Positions 22,734-55,299 of a stretch of DNA of 64,000 bases are shown here, piece after piece. The position numbers and the translations under genes are program-made. This DNA is from Amoebidium appalachense. Taxonomy: Eukaryota; Protista; Ichthyosporea. A model generated the notes under the pieces. The model was given only the letters and a program-made list of their open reading frames with translations, was not told where the DNA came from and did no database searches. The stretch lies in the NCBI GenBank assembly GCA_963693365.1, contig CAVNZM010000011.1:6591921-6655920 (forward strand). Reading direction: 5' to 3'. Each line of letters begins with the position of its first letter. Position 1 is the stretch's first letter.

Positions 22734-22843
22734 ACCGGGGGGGCCCGGGGGAAGGGTGGGGGGAGGGGGAGGGGCTGAGCATGTGTGCTTGTGTGTTGTG
22801 TGGTATACTTGTGTGTGTGTGTGTGTGTGTGCGTGCGTGTGCG

Positions 22844-22879
<36 letters not shown>

Positions 22880-23268
22880 TGTGTGTGTGTGCACCTGTCC
22901 GTGTGTGCAGTACTATGCATGTATCTGATCTTGGCCGTGTGTTGTTTACTTTGCCCATATTTTTAACTAAACATGAAAAAATTTCGTGTAAGTGGTCGTG
23001 TGGTCCAAATTTTCAGTGTTATCAACGATTAGGAATTCAGAACATGTCCAGCGCAGTAACTAAAACACAACCGAAAATTTCACAGTAGTACATGATGATT
23101 TCATATGCATTAGATGGCGCTTACCAAACATGTCTATATCAGAAGATTCTAATATTGGTGATTAGTTTATAAATTTTATGTTTCAAAAAGGTTCTCTAGC
23201 TATACTAGAAGGTAGGTTGCTCTAAACTAAGCAAGAGACAAACACCCTAACAATACAATCTCGTTTCC

Positions 23269-23372
23269 AGATAAACAAGCTATTTTCTGCTTTTCCATAA
23301 GTAAACCTTAAAAACCCACACCCCTACAAACGGACTTGAACATGAAAAAGGAACAGATTGGTACCCCCCCCC

Positions 23373-23403
<31 letters not shown>

Positions 23404-23608
23404 CTCTCTCTCACACACACACACACAAGCACACACATTGTCAAACTCAGATAAACAAGCTATTTTTCTGCTTTTCCAGAAGTAAACCTTAAAAACCCAC
23501 ACCCCTACAAACCATGCTTGAACATGAAAAAGGAACAGATGGGTACCCCCCCCCCTCCCCCTCCCCCCCCCCCTTCACAGACACACAAGCACACACATTG
23601 TCAAACTC
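23269..23608. repeat. Tandem duplication (~180 bp + ~160 bp) downstream of the tRNA ligase stop
   Basis: 'agataaacaagctattttctgcttttcca...gaacatgaaaaaggaacagat.ggtacccc...cacacacattgtcaaactc' occurs twice head-to-tail. Confidence 0.9.
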
Positions 23609-23694
23609 TACTCACACCAACAAACACAAAATCATATATTAAAGCGGATGTGGGGCATACCATCAGCCACACACCTACCCAACTACACACACAT

Positions 23695-23765
<71 letters not shown>

Positions 23766-23778
23766 TACACCCATAATC

Positions 23779-42144
<18,366 letters not shown>

Positions 42145-42350
42145 CTTGCTGGATTCGCGTGAGCGAGGGAAGGCCTTAGAGATCTTCTACCATGTAACCT
42201 TATGTTTATGTGTGATATTGATTAACAAAAGGATTCTTGTGTACTAAGCTCACCAAGTGTAGTACATTCTGTGAAGGAAAAAACAAGACTGCCATGGGAA
42301 GAGCTCACTGTGGCTGTCCACTGTGTCGACCTGCCAGCAGAAATACCCCA

Positions 42351-42908
42351 TATCGTGCATTACCGGAATATCACCGAATATTACCGAATATGAGCGAAAC
42401 TAGGCTTTCACCCCGCGTACTAATACCATAATATTTTACCACGAACCACCGTTCAAATCGGCGAAATATTGGTGTTATTCCAGCTATAACGATTTCCGTT
42501 GATTCGTTATTATTTCTTAGTGTTAGCTATAAGTCTTATGATTCGATATAAATCACGTCTATTAATGTCTGCAATCTTTTTTCAGGTCTGGACAAGCGAT
42601 TGCAAGTTTGACGATTTATTGTAGAGGCAGTCTTCATCTACAATAAATAATCCGTATGTAACACATACGTATATAGCTTTATTGTGGCACTCATAGTACA
42701 TGCATGCAATGTGTATCAGAGCATGCACGCACATTAACACGAACGCCTAAATAGACGTCTACATGCACATGCATACATGCAGTTCATATATGTATATAGC
42801 ATAATAGTGGAAAAACCAGCCTTCGATTTATAACACAAATTGCATGCAAGCTTGTACATATGTGACATGGAGACTGACACACGGTGTGACAAAGGTGCTT
42901 CCCCCCCT

Positions 42909-42955
<47 letters not shown>

Positions 42956-43228
42956 TTTTTTTTTTTTGAAGTGTAAAAAATACGGAGGTTTGCATTATTT
43001 AAGTTACGGTGTTTGATGGGTAATAATACCGCTCTAGTACGGGTGATAGGATGGTACAACCACCGAATTTATTACATACCAAAACATCGTACTTGAAAAT
43101 TTGGCGGGCGGCGTATTATTACCGTAAAAGCATTGGATAATCGGCCGATTATTGCCGGGGCCCTAATCCTAAGGTAATACTCTGTAATATTACAGTATTA
43201 TTGGAAACGGTAATATTACTGGCGATAT
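42351..43228. mobile_element. Possible degenerate non-autonomous DNA transposon (MITE-like) upstream of the tRNA ligase
   Basis: The left end tatcg..attaccggaatatcaccgaatattaccg and the right end cggtaatattactggcgata are imperfect inverted repeats. Many (a)tattacc/ggtaata motifs cluster at both ends. I found no TSD. Confidence 0.35.
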
Positions 43229-44094
43229 AGTGTGTTTCTCACCTGTCGCCGAAACTGCAGCATCATGATGGCGCAACCCCACACAAACCTGAGGAATGCG
43301 GGATTATCATGTCAATAATCTGGGAAAATGGGCAGTAACGGTGAGTAACCCCGTATATCAGATTTAGAAAGCAGGAATTTAAATAAGATCCCCTCATTTC
43401 AAAATTCCATAGGGGTTTTTAATGATTGATTTCGGATTCAGTCGTATTTTTAAAATAAAATGTGCAGCTCATGGGATTCCGGCATGTTATTGAAGCCAAT
43501 CAGAACGCCTCAGAATAAAACTGACCAAAGCTATCCCGTGATATTAGATCAACCAAAACCTTTCTAAGTCTAAATAACCATATTTGGCGCGGGATACATA
43601 CCAACCGCTGATTTCAACCCTTGCGGGCTGGCCAGCCCAAACCGAGTCGAGTGTAGCCAATCTCGCGGGTCAGCATCCCCCCGAGTTCTGAGCAATCTGA
43701 CTACAGGACTAAAAAAAATCTTTTTTTCATTTCCCTGTGCTTTGAAATTAATAACTCAAAGTTTATGATAATAAAAATAAATGTAGGGTTAGAAGGCTGT
43801 CAGTGTAATAATCTAGAGGTAGTAGGTTTCTATTCGAGAAGCCAATGTTTTGCTGGCTCGGCCCGCCGCGGCTGGCCAGCCGATTCAGCATGGAAACACG
43901 CCGAATCGTCCGACTGCCATAAACTTTCATTGGTTACCATTATTTTTGGCGCGAAAACTTCCCGGGCCTGGGCTGCAGCGCCGTGTACGTGCACAATGGT
44001 GACGGCACAGACGGGGCAAGTTTTGTCGCCATGCGTGAGTCATGACGACAAAACTACAGTGACTAAAGTCAGCCTCTAGCGGAGCGGAGCGGAG

Positions 44095-44167
44095 CTAGAG
44101 GGTCCATCGTTTCCTGGACGGGCAAATTCGCTCCGCTAGAGGGTCCATCGTTTCCTGGACGGGCAAA
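44095..44167. repeat. Direct repeat of gctagagggtccatcgtttcctggacgggcaaa (2 copies), preceded by (gcgga)3
   Basis: The copies begin at ~44095 and ~44135. Confidence 0.85.
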
Positions 44168-44329
44168 ACGCCTGCTCTATGTTTTTTCTCTGTGCTTTTT
44201 GTTCCTATATATGGTGGAGTCAGTTTGCGCTTTCGGATTGGAGTGACGTTTCTATAGAACTTGACTCCAATGGTACGGATTGAGCTGGTGGATTTTGCTG
44301 GATGGGTCTTGTTGCAGTTTTGCGGACGC

Positions 44330-45756
44330 AGATTGGTGAATAGGTATGAATGCTTTTATAGATCCGGATCCAACCAGCCGGATTGATATGTTTGGCGTTT
44401 GCGGATTGGAGAACGTTTCAGAGTCTGTCTTGACAGGAAAAGCACGGATTTTTTCCTGATGGAATTTGCTGGATGTAGGCCGCACTGTATCAGAGATGAG
44501 TAGTGAGTGAACTTCTTTCTGAACGTTGAATGATCGAGAGTGAAAAACGAAGATGATGTTTGATGTGTTTCTTGAGCTTGGAAAGGAGGTGTTGACGAGG
44601 CGGGAGGATGTTGTCGCATGGGTACTATATGTTATTGTGTTGATGGTGTTGTTTTACGGTGTTGTTGGGAAATGCTGCAATTTTGTTACGAGTGAAGGGA
44701 TGCGAAGGGGTATGGAGTGTAGTGCTCATTGGAGAGAATTGGAATCGAAGTATGAGAAAAAAACGGCGTGGATGGTTATGTGGTTTGGGATGTATTTTGT
44801 GTATTGTATAGATTTGTGTAGCACTTATTTATTTTTTGGTACCGGGTAATGTTGCCGTGGTAAGTATATTGAGTATTTTGGGTGAAGTTTACCTTGTCGT
44901 GCGACGAATAATGAACGCTCTCGGGCAGTTGCGTACTTGCGTTGGCGAATTTCAAAGAGGGGATGTATGTTGTGGTCAAAGGAGCATTTTGTGTTTGCAA
45001 AAGTTTTTACGGCGTCATATAGCCCTCAAGGCACATTTAAAATGTTGTTATGCTGCTAGGGATTTTTCGGTGATAGGTTGTAGGGCAACAAAGAGCGTGG
45101 CTGGCTGTGGTAGAAAATGTTTTTGCGCGTGGGTTTGTTATTGGCAGCTAAGACACCAAAAAGTGAAAAGGGGTCACAGTGAAGGGGTATATGTAAAAAA
45201 AAGGTGGTGTGCAGGTGGTGTGGATACCACTAATTATTGTATTCGAAAGAGCGAAGTTTCTGGGCCTAGGATTGTTAGACTAGACGATGGACGTCTTTAT
45301 TATCGTCATGATGTTTCAGGACAGAATTTCGACTGTGCTTTTAACTTTTTGGGGGTTAGCAGGGAAGGAGCAGTAGACATGTTTGTGCAAGCAAAACAGC
45401 TTCGTGAAGCAAGAGAAATGGTTGTTGAGGAAATTTGTGGTTTATGATTTATAAACGGTGAAGTGGGGGATTTGGGTCCATACATCAATGCTTTGTGGTA
45501 TAGGTATCATGATTCAGATAGAACAACAAATTGATGGTCTTGTACGTCATATTGACGACATTATTGAGCAATCTGGGAATATAACATGCCATATATGCGT
45601 TTGGGAGCTGTGGAACGGGTTAATATTTCGACTAATGGTTTACCGCATGATGTTATAGGTGAAATACGCCAAGTGAGGGAGCAATTAACAGCTAAAAATA
45701 ACATTTTGAATATTGTGCGATGTTGGTGTGCAAGTGAGGATGCATACGTGCGCTAG
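44330..45756 (+). pseudogene. Intronless, microsatellite-free block of broken ORFs of unknown origin
   Basis: Consecutive + strand ORF pieces (44553-44849, 44836-45447, 45458-45658, ~45590-45756) are interrupted by stops and frame changes. I recognise no family. Confidence 0.3.
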
Positions 45757-46317
45757 TATTCAGAACTATATAGCTACTACCATGGAGGTGTTTAAGTATA
45801 GATGTAGACTGAGGTAGCAATGGAGGATTCATGGAATTGATTGCATTGTTGACTGGTAGGCATTTAATTGTTTATTTAGACGAAGGTGGAGAAGTGTGTC
45901 GAACTATCTGTGTTGGCCGTAATGATGCCGGAGGTAGCAGAGCTCTGCGAGTGATGTTGGATCCGAGGGGTGTCGGTCCTTCAGTTATTTAGAAAGTGCT
46001 ACAGACGGACAAAATGATTCATTATTGCCGTTTGGATGAGCAGAGGCAGAGCTTTCGTTTAATCCTCTTAATTGTCTTTCTTTTGATACCACTGTACCAG
46101 ATGTATTTGCATTGCAAAACAATGGTCAACAAGTCACTGAAAATTATATAAGTGAGCAAAATAATAATCAATGTAAGAAACACAAACAATCCGTCTTGAA
46201 TATGAATGCTGCTCGGGTTAAAGTAATCCAAAACAACCCATGTCTTCGATGGTTAGTAGTTTCACTATTTCTAGACCAGTGTACATGTGCACAAATAGTA
46301 ATGCGTCTAACCCGAAA

Positions 46318-46659
46318 ATGTCTTTTTCGATGTCGAAGTTTGATTTACCAAAACGGTATACACCGTTGCCGGTGACGATAATAAAGAAAATATCTGAACA
46401 GAAAACAAGTAAGGCGGAGTGTACAGTGAAATATCTTCTTCCTGGACAAGTAAGTATTTGCCATGTGTTGTTTCTTTGTGTGTTTTCTATGTAATGAACG
46501 TATCTGTGTGAGTGTGAGTGTAAGTTATGCATGTCACGTCTGTACCAGTACGTGGCCATGGCGTATGTACATGTGTGGGTGTGTGTGAACGGTGAGTGAG
46601 TGAGTGAGTGAGTGTGTGTGTGTGTGTGTATGTGTGTGTCTGTGTGTTGTGTGAGTGTG

Positions 46660-46706
<47 letters not shown>

Positions 46707-46712
46707 TCTGTG

Positions 46713-46757
<45 letters not shown>

Positions 46758-46873
46758 ATGTGTGTGTGTGTGCGTGTGTGTGTATCAATGTGTGTGTGTG
46801 TGTGTTTGTGTGTGTGTGTATGTGTGTCACAGTGTGTCTATGTGCGTGTGTGTGTGTGTGTGTGTGTGTATGG

Positions 46874-46926
<53 letters not shown>

Positions 46927-47282
46927 TGTGTCACGGTGTGTGTGTGTATGTATGTGTGTACACTGTGTGTATGTATGTCCTGCAGGACCCCAATAAGGGT
47001 GTGCATGTTGTACAAGTCGAAAACACTCCCTTTCTAGTAGAATGCAGCATCCCGGCAGAGCAGGTTAACCATTTCCAACAAAACAACAACCCGATATTCA
47101 TCGAGGCAAGCGGCCACGGTACTATCAACACTAACGGCATGGTTCAGCTCATACTCGAGAAATGGTCCTCTGTGCACATGCAAAACGAACCAATCGACCC
47201 CACTACGGCCATCGAAATCACCCCATACCAACCTGAAGTCGGCGACACTCCTTCTCCTAATCCTCTCCTTCCAATCATATGA
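46318..47282 (+). CDS. Two-exon hypothetical protein (~142 aa), beta-rich, possibly a small OB-fold
   Basis: Exon 1 is 46318-46449 (MSFSMSKFDLPKRYTPLPV...YLLPGQ|gtaagt). A (GT)n intron follows, then exon 2 at 46986-47282 (cag|DPNKGVHVVQVENTPFLVEC...PLLPII*). The phases are compatible. Confidence 0.7.
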
Positions 47283-48095
47283 TAGTAGAAAATGTATCCA
47301 TTCCTCATCAATGCTTACAACTATGGACACACAAGTCCAAAAGCCTATAATGAAAATCATACCTACCTACGCACAAAACAGCATGTGACATGTTCTCCAG
47401 CTAAGTGCATCGTATCTATAGCCCGACACCAGTGTATGTATACAAAAAACAACACAATGTACTTAAGTACTAAATAAAACACGACCGAAAAATCTCATAG
47501 CAGGTGCCCATGCATGCGCACCGTACGTGCGTGTACTGTATGTCTGCCACTGTGTATGTATACATGTATGTACAGGCGTACGCAATGACTACGCTTCGTA
47601 TATGCGCTCCTTTCGTTTCCCTCTTTCTTTTCTCCCCCTTCATTTACGTGAGAGAACAGGGAGGAGAAACATAATATATAAAAAATTTATAACTTCCGCA
47701 TACGCTGAGAAAAAACGTGCTGAGAAAAAACGTGCAATGTAGGTATGTCTGCGTGTCTTTATGTCATGCATGCGTACCACGAAGGCTGCCTCTATATCTG
47801 TCTATCTGCTGCAGTCGTGGACACGTACATGTGTGTGTTTATAGCACGTGTGCGCGTTGTGTGTATGTGTGCATACGTAGTATGCTTCTGTATGTGCACC
47901 ATGATACACATACAACCGTGCCACGATGTGTGTCTATCTCTGTGTGTGCCTGTGTGTGTCTCCATGTGTGCATGTCTATGCATGTATGTGTGTGTATGTG
48001 TGTCTGTCGGAAGGGAGAAGAGGAACTTTTCTCTTCTTTTTTTCAGGCCCCCGAGCGTACACAGATACGCACGCACGCACACACACACACACACA

Positions 48096-48133
<38 letters not shown>

Positions 48134-48239
48134 CACACGCACACGCACACGGACACGCACATGCACATCCACATGCAGACGCACAACACACACACGCACA
48201 CACACAAAACATGCACACGCACCTTCCACTCTCCTTGTT

Positions 48240-48652
<413 letters not shown>

Positions 48653-49353
48653 GACGTCTGCGTACGTGCACATTGGTCCGTTTCCATCAGGTTTTTTTCG
48701 TTCTTTCTTTTTTTTTCTTTCTCTCTTTCTTTTGTGCCCGCTAGAGGCTGATCCATGAGATTTGCTGCCCAAATCGAAATTAAGTGCTTGTTGGAAATGG
48801 GTGTTACATACATAAGCACCTCACTTTATCGTTGCCAAGTTTATTGCCTTTTGAGGTATGATCATGGGTAGGGAAGATGGGACGGCAACGACTTTCTCAA
48901 TCCATTCACTGCCTGGCCGTTCACGAAGGGCCTGTCAAGGGTGTGTGTATACATGTAAAGTGGACATGAACACGTGACAGGCCTACTAGGGTTCGTGTTG
49001 GCAACCAAGTTCGTGTTGAAACACAGTTCGTTTTGGCTCTAAGCATAGACCGTCTTGCGTGAGTTCGTGTTGAAAGTTGGAACAAGATAAGATCGTTTTG
49101 GGTAAGTTTTCCGTAGCCTCGCACGCGTGTGAGTTCGTGATGGCTGTGTCATGACTACCAGTATGCTTTGCTTCAAATAAAGTATATATATTCTCTTTCA
49201 CAGACTTTAACTAACTCAAAAATAAACAACCGATGTTCTGTCCACTGAGTTTCAAACATGTACGTGTTTCGCCAACTCCACCTACAAGCTGTACCCAAAG
49301 CCTACTCTGGCTGGGGGATCACCCCCAAGATCTTTCAGGCTCATGAAGTTGCA

Positions 49354-50594
49354 ATGAGGACTTTCAGCACTCGTCTTTTTGTCTCTGCACTCGTGCCTCC
49401 CTCTCTCCCCCGGGCAACAGCATGCGCATCGTCATCTCCTCTCACGTCACTCTTCACGTCAACAACGCTCCCAAGGAATTTTTCTGCATCCCCCACCTTG
49501 GGACGGCTTCGAGCGCTTACTTTTCCTCGTGCAGTTTTGGGCATGCCGGTCACCCGATTCTGGCCCTCTGGTCTGCCACAGCCACGCCTCTCTTTTTCCA
49601 CTGCAGGCAATGGCGGTGGCATTGAGTCAGCCTCGGACGGGGCGTTTGGGCGATTGTTTCCATCATCCTCGAAATCCGTCAATCCTTCTCATGTCTTCAC
49701 ACATGCGTTCCGCAGCCGGCGCCACGAGGGGGCATCCACATACGAGGGGGTGCACGACATCGTGGAGTTGGTAAACGGTGTTTTCTTCATGGTCAAGACA
49801 CACGGACAGGGCCACGCAGGGGCAGTTACCTTCTCATTTCATGACGAAAATTTCCGCCCTTGCACTATAGCTATGCAAAGTGGAAGGATGATTGGGTTGC
49901 AGGTCGCATTGAGGAAAAGCTGAAAAACTTCAAGAGCGCATCGCCCGAGAATGTAGAGCAGCCGGACTACCCTGCAGTGTGCCTTTTTGGTCACGCGAAG
50001 TACAAGGAACTTCCGGCTGCCGACCTCGGGGTTGACCCAAACACGAAGGTATCGGTTTTTATTTCGAAGACGCAGGCGAATTTGAAATTCCTCGAGAACA
50101 TAGGATTGGTGGTGAAGTATGAAACGTGGTCGTGGGGTCGCACACACACCGCGCGTGCTGTGGTTGTTTTTGACCCTACTGCGGTGCTTACGGCCGAGCA
50201 ACTGCTGACATATACGTCAGGATCTCAGTGGCACAGCCCGGTGATTGTGAGAGCAAATGAGCAAAGCAGCGAAACTGCAGGTCCTGGAGCTAAAGATCTA
50301 GATCATTTATGCGACATGTTGATGTTTCAAGTATATAGGTGCAGAACGTGTGAGCATTGTGTTACTAACGACGGAACTCGAGACGAAGTGAAATGCTTTT
50401 TTTGTTATTTTGGCACCCTGGAGTTATGTTGTATGTATGCGCAAGGGAGAGCAAAGGTCTTGTGTAACATTGCAATACGTGTACATCATGCTAGGTGTTT
50501 TGTAAACAATATCGCTCAACGAAGAGCTCTCCCTATACACGTTTTTCTCCCCTCAAAAAAAAAAAAAAAAAAAAAGACGCACTACCTTTCATGA
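49354..50594 (+). CDS. Intronless hypothetical protein with a mitochondrial-presequence-like N-terminus, split by a 1-nt frameshift
   Basis: MRTFSTRLFVSAL... (an in-frame ATG also lies at 49258) is R/S/L-rich and lacks acidic residues for ~90 aa. ORFs 49258-49923 and 49860-50594 join as FHDENFRP-LHYSYAKWKDD if one base is added at ~49858. The 3' end is uncertain. Confidence 0.55.
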
Positions 50595-50647
50595 TCGTGC
50601 AACTGGTTGCATCTGTGCTTCCAGTCACAGATATTTATTTGCCATAT

Positions 50648-50756
50648 TTAGCGGTACCGGGCACCCTCGTGTTCTGCAAAAACACGTGGTCAGTAAAGGA
50701 GAGTGAAACACAACTGAACACTGTCAGCGCTTGTGTGCCCCTGCCCTCTCCCCCCC

Positions 50757-50803
<47 letters not shown>

Positions 50804-51232
50804 AAAAAACACACACACATCCCACCAAAAAACGAAAAATATATATATATACTGGGGGAAAAAAAAAACAAAAAAAAAAAAAACACGTGACCGCGCCTCA
50901 CTCGGGCGCCCCTGCACGCACGCACACGCGCACGCGCACACACAGTGTACACACGTGTACAAGCACACGGAGAAAAAGAAGCGCACCCCAACTCACTCAC
51001 TCACTCGTGCACACACACACGCGTGCACACACACAACACAGTGTACATATGTGCAGTGTACACAAGCACACGAAGAAAAAGAAGAGGCAGCACAAAAAAA
51101 AATAAAAAAAATCCTTAGCCCCCAAACACGAACTACAAACCGACACAAGCATAAACATCACCAGCTATTATCAAACTTCTTTCCCAGTTCCCAACTCCCC
51201 AAGACATGTAACATCCGAACACCTCCCCCGGC

Positions 51233-51264
<32 letters not shown>

Positions 51265-51384
51265 GGATAACCGGTCCTTAACCAACTAGGACACCGTAGG
51301 CAGGTGGGGAAAGGAGGAGCTGGAATTCGGAAGAGTGCGACATTCAAATAAACCACGGAAAACACAAGGTGGCGACAAAAGGGG

Positions 51385-51425
<41 letters not shown>

Positions 51426-54400
51426 GGATGTATGTGTTAAGAGGGTAGGAAATATGGAGGAGACAACAAAGAGCGACAAAAAAGCGTCCCAATAGTGGGA
51501 GATCCAAAATCAAACAATTTAAGTGTGCATGTGTGAGAGGGTTAGAAATATGGAGGAGACAACAAAGAGAGACAACAAAGCGTCACAAAAGTGGAAAACC
51601 CAAAATCCAACAATTTGAGCGTGCAGGCAGGGGGATATGCACGCTGGGAATGAAGCACACATTTATAACGGACAACACAGTGCAGAGTACAAACCACACA
51701 TAGTGGATGCATCATAAGCAGCGCCCATATCCTCGGCCGGAGGAAGGGGGAGGGGGGGGGGGGGGGGGGATTTAGTTTTACATCTTCACGACGGACAACA
51801 CAGTGAAGACTTAAAAAGCACAAGTGTGTGCATGATATTTAAATATTCAGAAGGGAAAGAGATGGAGAGGGAATGAAATAGAAATGGCTCTAGCAGAAAC
51901 AACATGCATACACACGTGGTCCGTCGTATTTCGAACTTTGCGCTCATTTCTCCCTTTCATTTTTTTTGGTAGGGGCAGAAATTGTTTTTTTTTGTGTGTG
52001 AGTGTGTTGTTGTTTGTGTGTGTGTGTGAGAGTGGGGGGGGGGGGGGGGGGGGGGGGGGGGCAACATACCCCTTAAGTGGGGGAGGTGGAGGCTGTAGCC
52101 GAGAACAAACAAGCCCACACCCAGGTGGAGGAGGGGGCACCGCTACCGGGCCGCTTGAAGTACTTGGCGCTGTGGGGGGAATCGTATTTAACATAATGAG
52201 ATATCATCACAAACCCCTCTCTTTCATCAAACCCGCTCCTCACCTTCCTCCCCCAATCCCTTCTCTACCACCCTTTGCCCTCCCCCCGCTCCCCCTCCCC
52301 CTTTCCCGCCCCCAGAAAATATATAACCCACTACCACCCATAAGCACATCAACACACACACGTTCACACATTTCCCTCCCCCTCTCCCCCCACCACCACC
52401 ACCACCACCGAACACACACACCCTTCTTCCACCCCCTTGTGACTGACTGGGGCATAGTGGCCTCCAATGCCATTACGCCCCAGTCACCCTCGCCCTCAAA
52501 AACGCAACACACGTGCACAGATACAAAACACACTTGATTAAAACAACACCGATTATTGGTCCAATAGTGTGACCCGAAAAACCCTGGCCATAACTGTGAA
52601 CATCCCTCAACCCGCCCTCACCCCCCTGCCACTGCCCACCCACCCACACACACACAGTTACACACACAAGTTTTCGGGCAAACATCCGTAATCTCACTCA
52701 CTCTCACTCTCTCCACCCTCCCCCCTCTCCCCCTCCCCCCCGAACAACAACTTTGCAGGCATGTCATGGTTCCTCTATTACACAAACACCCTACCACCAG
52801 CACCCCATACGACATGTGCGCGCGGGCGCACGCATGCACACACACGCGCACATGACATTGCCATATTCAGACACACATAACAGCCATCGCAGAGACTTAA
52901 TTGTGTATAGTATGAACATAAATATACTCCATCACAAAGTCAAGGAACCCCAATCAGCAAAAACAAGGTGTCTTGGGATACATGCACAAGTGCTATTATG
53001 AGAAAACCTTGCCTGTGTATGCACGCACATGGCACCTACACGATCATGCAAATGACGTATTTTCAAAACGGAAGTGTGATGGAAGAGACACGAAGCGGAA
53101 ATGGAAGATGAAAATCATAAAAGAAAACCGTGGTTTAGAAGAAGGGAGAGTGCCGGAGAAAACAGGTGAGGTGGAGCGTGCCATCGGGTGGAAGAGGGTT
53201 GGTGTGCAAGGGCAGGCATGGAGGGAGTGGGGGTGGGCTAGGGGTTGTAGGAGGCAGAGAAAAAGAGCGTACGTGTATAACGTGCAAGAGAAATTATCAT
53301 GTGAACATGCACGCGCGAGACACACGCACACACGCACACACCGCACACATACAGCGGGGAACGTGTGCTTCCATACAGACACGGATGCACACACATACAC
53401 ACTTTGTTGAGCAGACATAATCTGCCTAGCGCTCACACACACACAGATACCAACCCCCCCCCCTCCCCCTCTTCCCCCAACCCGCACACAGCCGCGCGTG
53501 CACACACAAACACCCACACACCCACAGACATATGCACACCATGCACCCGCACACAAACACACACGCACATGCACATAATACGCACGACACACATGCACGC
53601 ACACGCCCACGTGTAGACACACATACACACTCTCCATCACAAACGCTAATGCACAACCACACAGGCACACACACAAGAGGTGCACACACACACACACACA
53701 CACAAAGCACACACAAAGTATGCCCACACACGCACACCCACACACACACCTACGCCCGCGCGCACACACCCACCCACCCACCCACCCACCCACCCACACC
53801 CACCCACCCACCCACCCACCCACCCACCCACCCACACCCACCCACCCACACCCACCCACACCCACACCCACACCCACACCCACCTGTAGCCGTTCAGCCA
53901 CGACTCGTAGACGGCCATGACCTTCTGGGGGGTGGCATTGCGCACAACCCACGTGGGGAGGTCACGCACCTTGGTCTCGGCAAGAGCTACGCAAGGAAGA
54001 GGGGCGAAAAAGAGAGAGAGAAAAAAAAATGTCAAAATTTCGGGTCATCAAGCAACAAACGTCAGGCAGTAGTGTGAATTGAGTCACACTTTCTGCTCCT
54101 GTCTCCCCCTACTCCCCCCCACCCAAAAAAAAATAAAAAATAAAAATAAAAAATGATCATCCCTCTCTACCTGTCCGGAACCGATTCCCTTGGTTCGTGT
54201 GCATGGGAATCTAGGCAAAGCAGGAGGTGTATCTAGCGCATAAGCCGGTGTGCAATGTGCATGTGCTGCATGGCATGTATTCCGTAAGTGTGTGTGTAGA
54301 GGTGTAGAGGTGTGTGGTGTGTGGGAGTAGGCATGTGTAACAGTGCGTGTGTGTGTTATTGTGTGTTTGTGTGTGTGTGCCCGTACACATGAAAATCTGG

Positions 54401-54649
54401 GTGTTCGCATGTGTGTGTGCGCATGTGCGAGGTGGATGGCCTCGAGACCTAGTATGTGCGGGCCTCTAATCGATGTCTAGGTGTCGTGGTAGCAAGGCGT
54501 TGTGTATGCAAGCGCTTTAACTTGAAGCCACGGTATGATAAAGAATATATGTGTGCACACATGCCTGTAAGTGTGTGTGTATCTAGATCTGTGTCGTCTG
54601 TGTACGTGTATGTGTGTATGTGTGGTTCCTGTCTGGGTGTGTGTGTGTA

Positions 54650-54685
<36 letters not shown>

Positions 54686-55299
54686 TGTTTGTGTGTGTCT
54701 GTATGTGTGTGTGTGTGCGTATGCGCGAGCGTGTGTGGTGTGGTGTGGGTATGTGTGTGTGTCTTTGGTTTGTGTGAGTTTGTGTGTTTTGCGTGTGTGT
54801 GCACGGGCACGAATGCGTGTGTATGTGCAAAAATGCTTATGTGGGAGGAGAGGGCGCGCTGGAGGCGAGGAGAGGGGTTGTGTGCCGGCATGCAGCATTG
54901 GCTTCGTGTGTATGTTGGCCTGCGAGAGTGTGCACGTACAGGGGGAAACCATGCACGCATATATGAAATTTCCGCCTCTATATCCCCCCATCCTCCCCCC
55001 CTCCCCCCCCCCCACTACCACCACCACCACCAAACCCCCTCCCCCTGCCCCGGCCGCCCTCAAAAAGAAACCCTTGGAAAAACACAGCACTACTCTTGCG
55101 TTACATACGCCCAAGAGCACCCCATAGTAACATTTCAGCCTTGAACAGGATTTGCTGTGAGCGGGGAAATTTGGACGCAAACCAGCACCAGAGTAACCTT
55201 GCACATGCATCCTTCGAAAAAGGTCGAAGTTTAGCGGGTTAGTAAAAAAGGGTAAGGAAGAGCCAAAGGGTAGCTTTAGTTATTACCTTTGAAGTCCAT
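50648..55299 (-). CDS. ATP5MF: Mitochondrial ATP synthase subunit f, 4 exons, ~80 aa
   Basis: Exons 55299-55287, 53986-53884, 52169-52070 and 50673-50648 give MDFKALAETKVRDLPTWVVRNATPQKVMAVYESWLNGYSAKYFKRPGSGAPLLHLGVGLFVLGYSLHLPHLREHEGARYR*. This matches subunit f (L.EVKL.ELPSW...Y..KY...TM helix...HLKHE). One C must be added in the run at 52133-52137. Confidence 0.88.
51445..51830 (-). repeat. Cluster of diverged copies of the intronic Penelope-like repeat in ATP synthase f intron 3
   Basis: Two tandem 'gaaatatggaggagacaacaaagag...ccaaaatc.aacaattt.ag.gtgca' units and a 'tgcatcataagcagcgcccat' unit match the reverse complements of 8430-8535 and 7910-7935. Confidence 0.75.

Noticed and set aside
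55100-55215. Possible extra exons in ATP synthase f intron 1
   Set aside because: Exon 1 joins exon 2 directly in phase to give a normal-length subunit f, and the extra pieces add no recognisable sequence.
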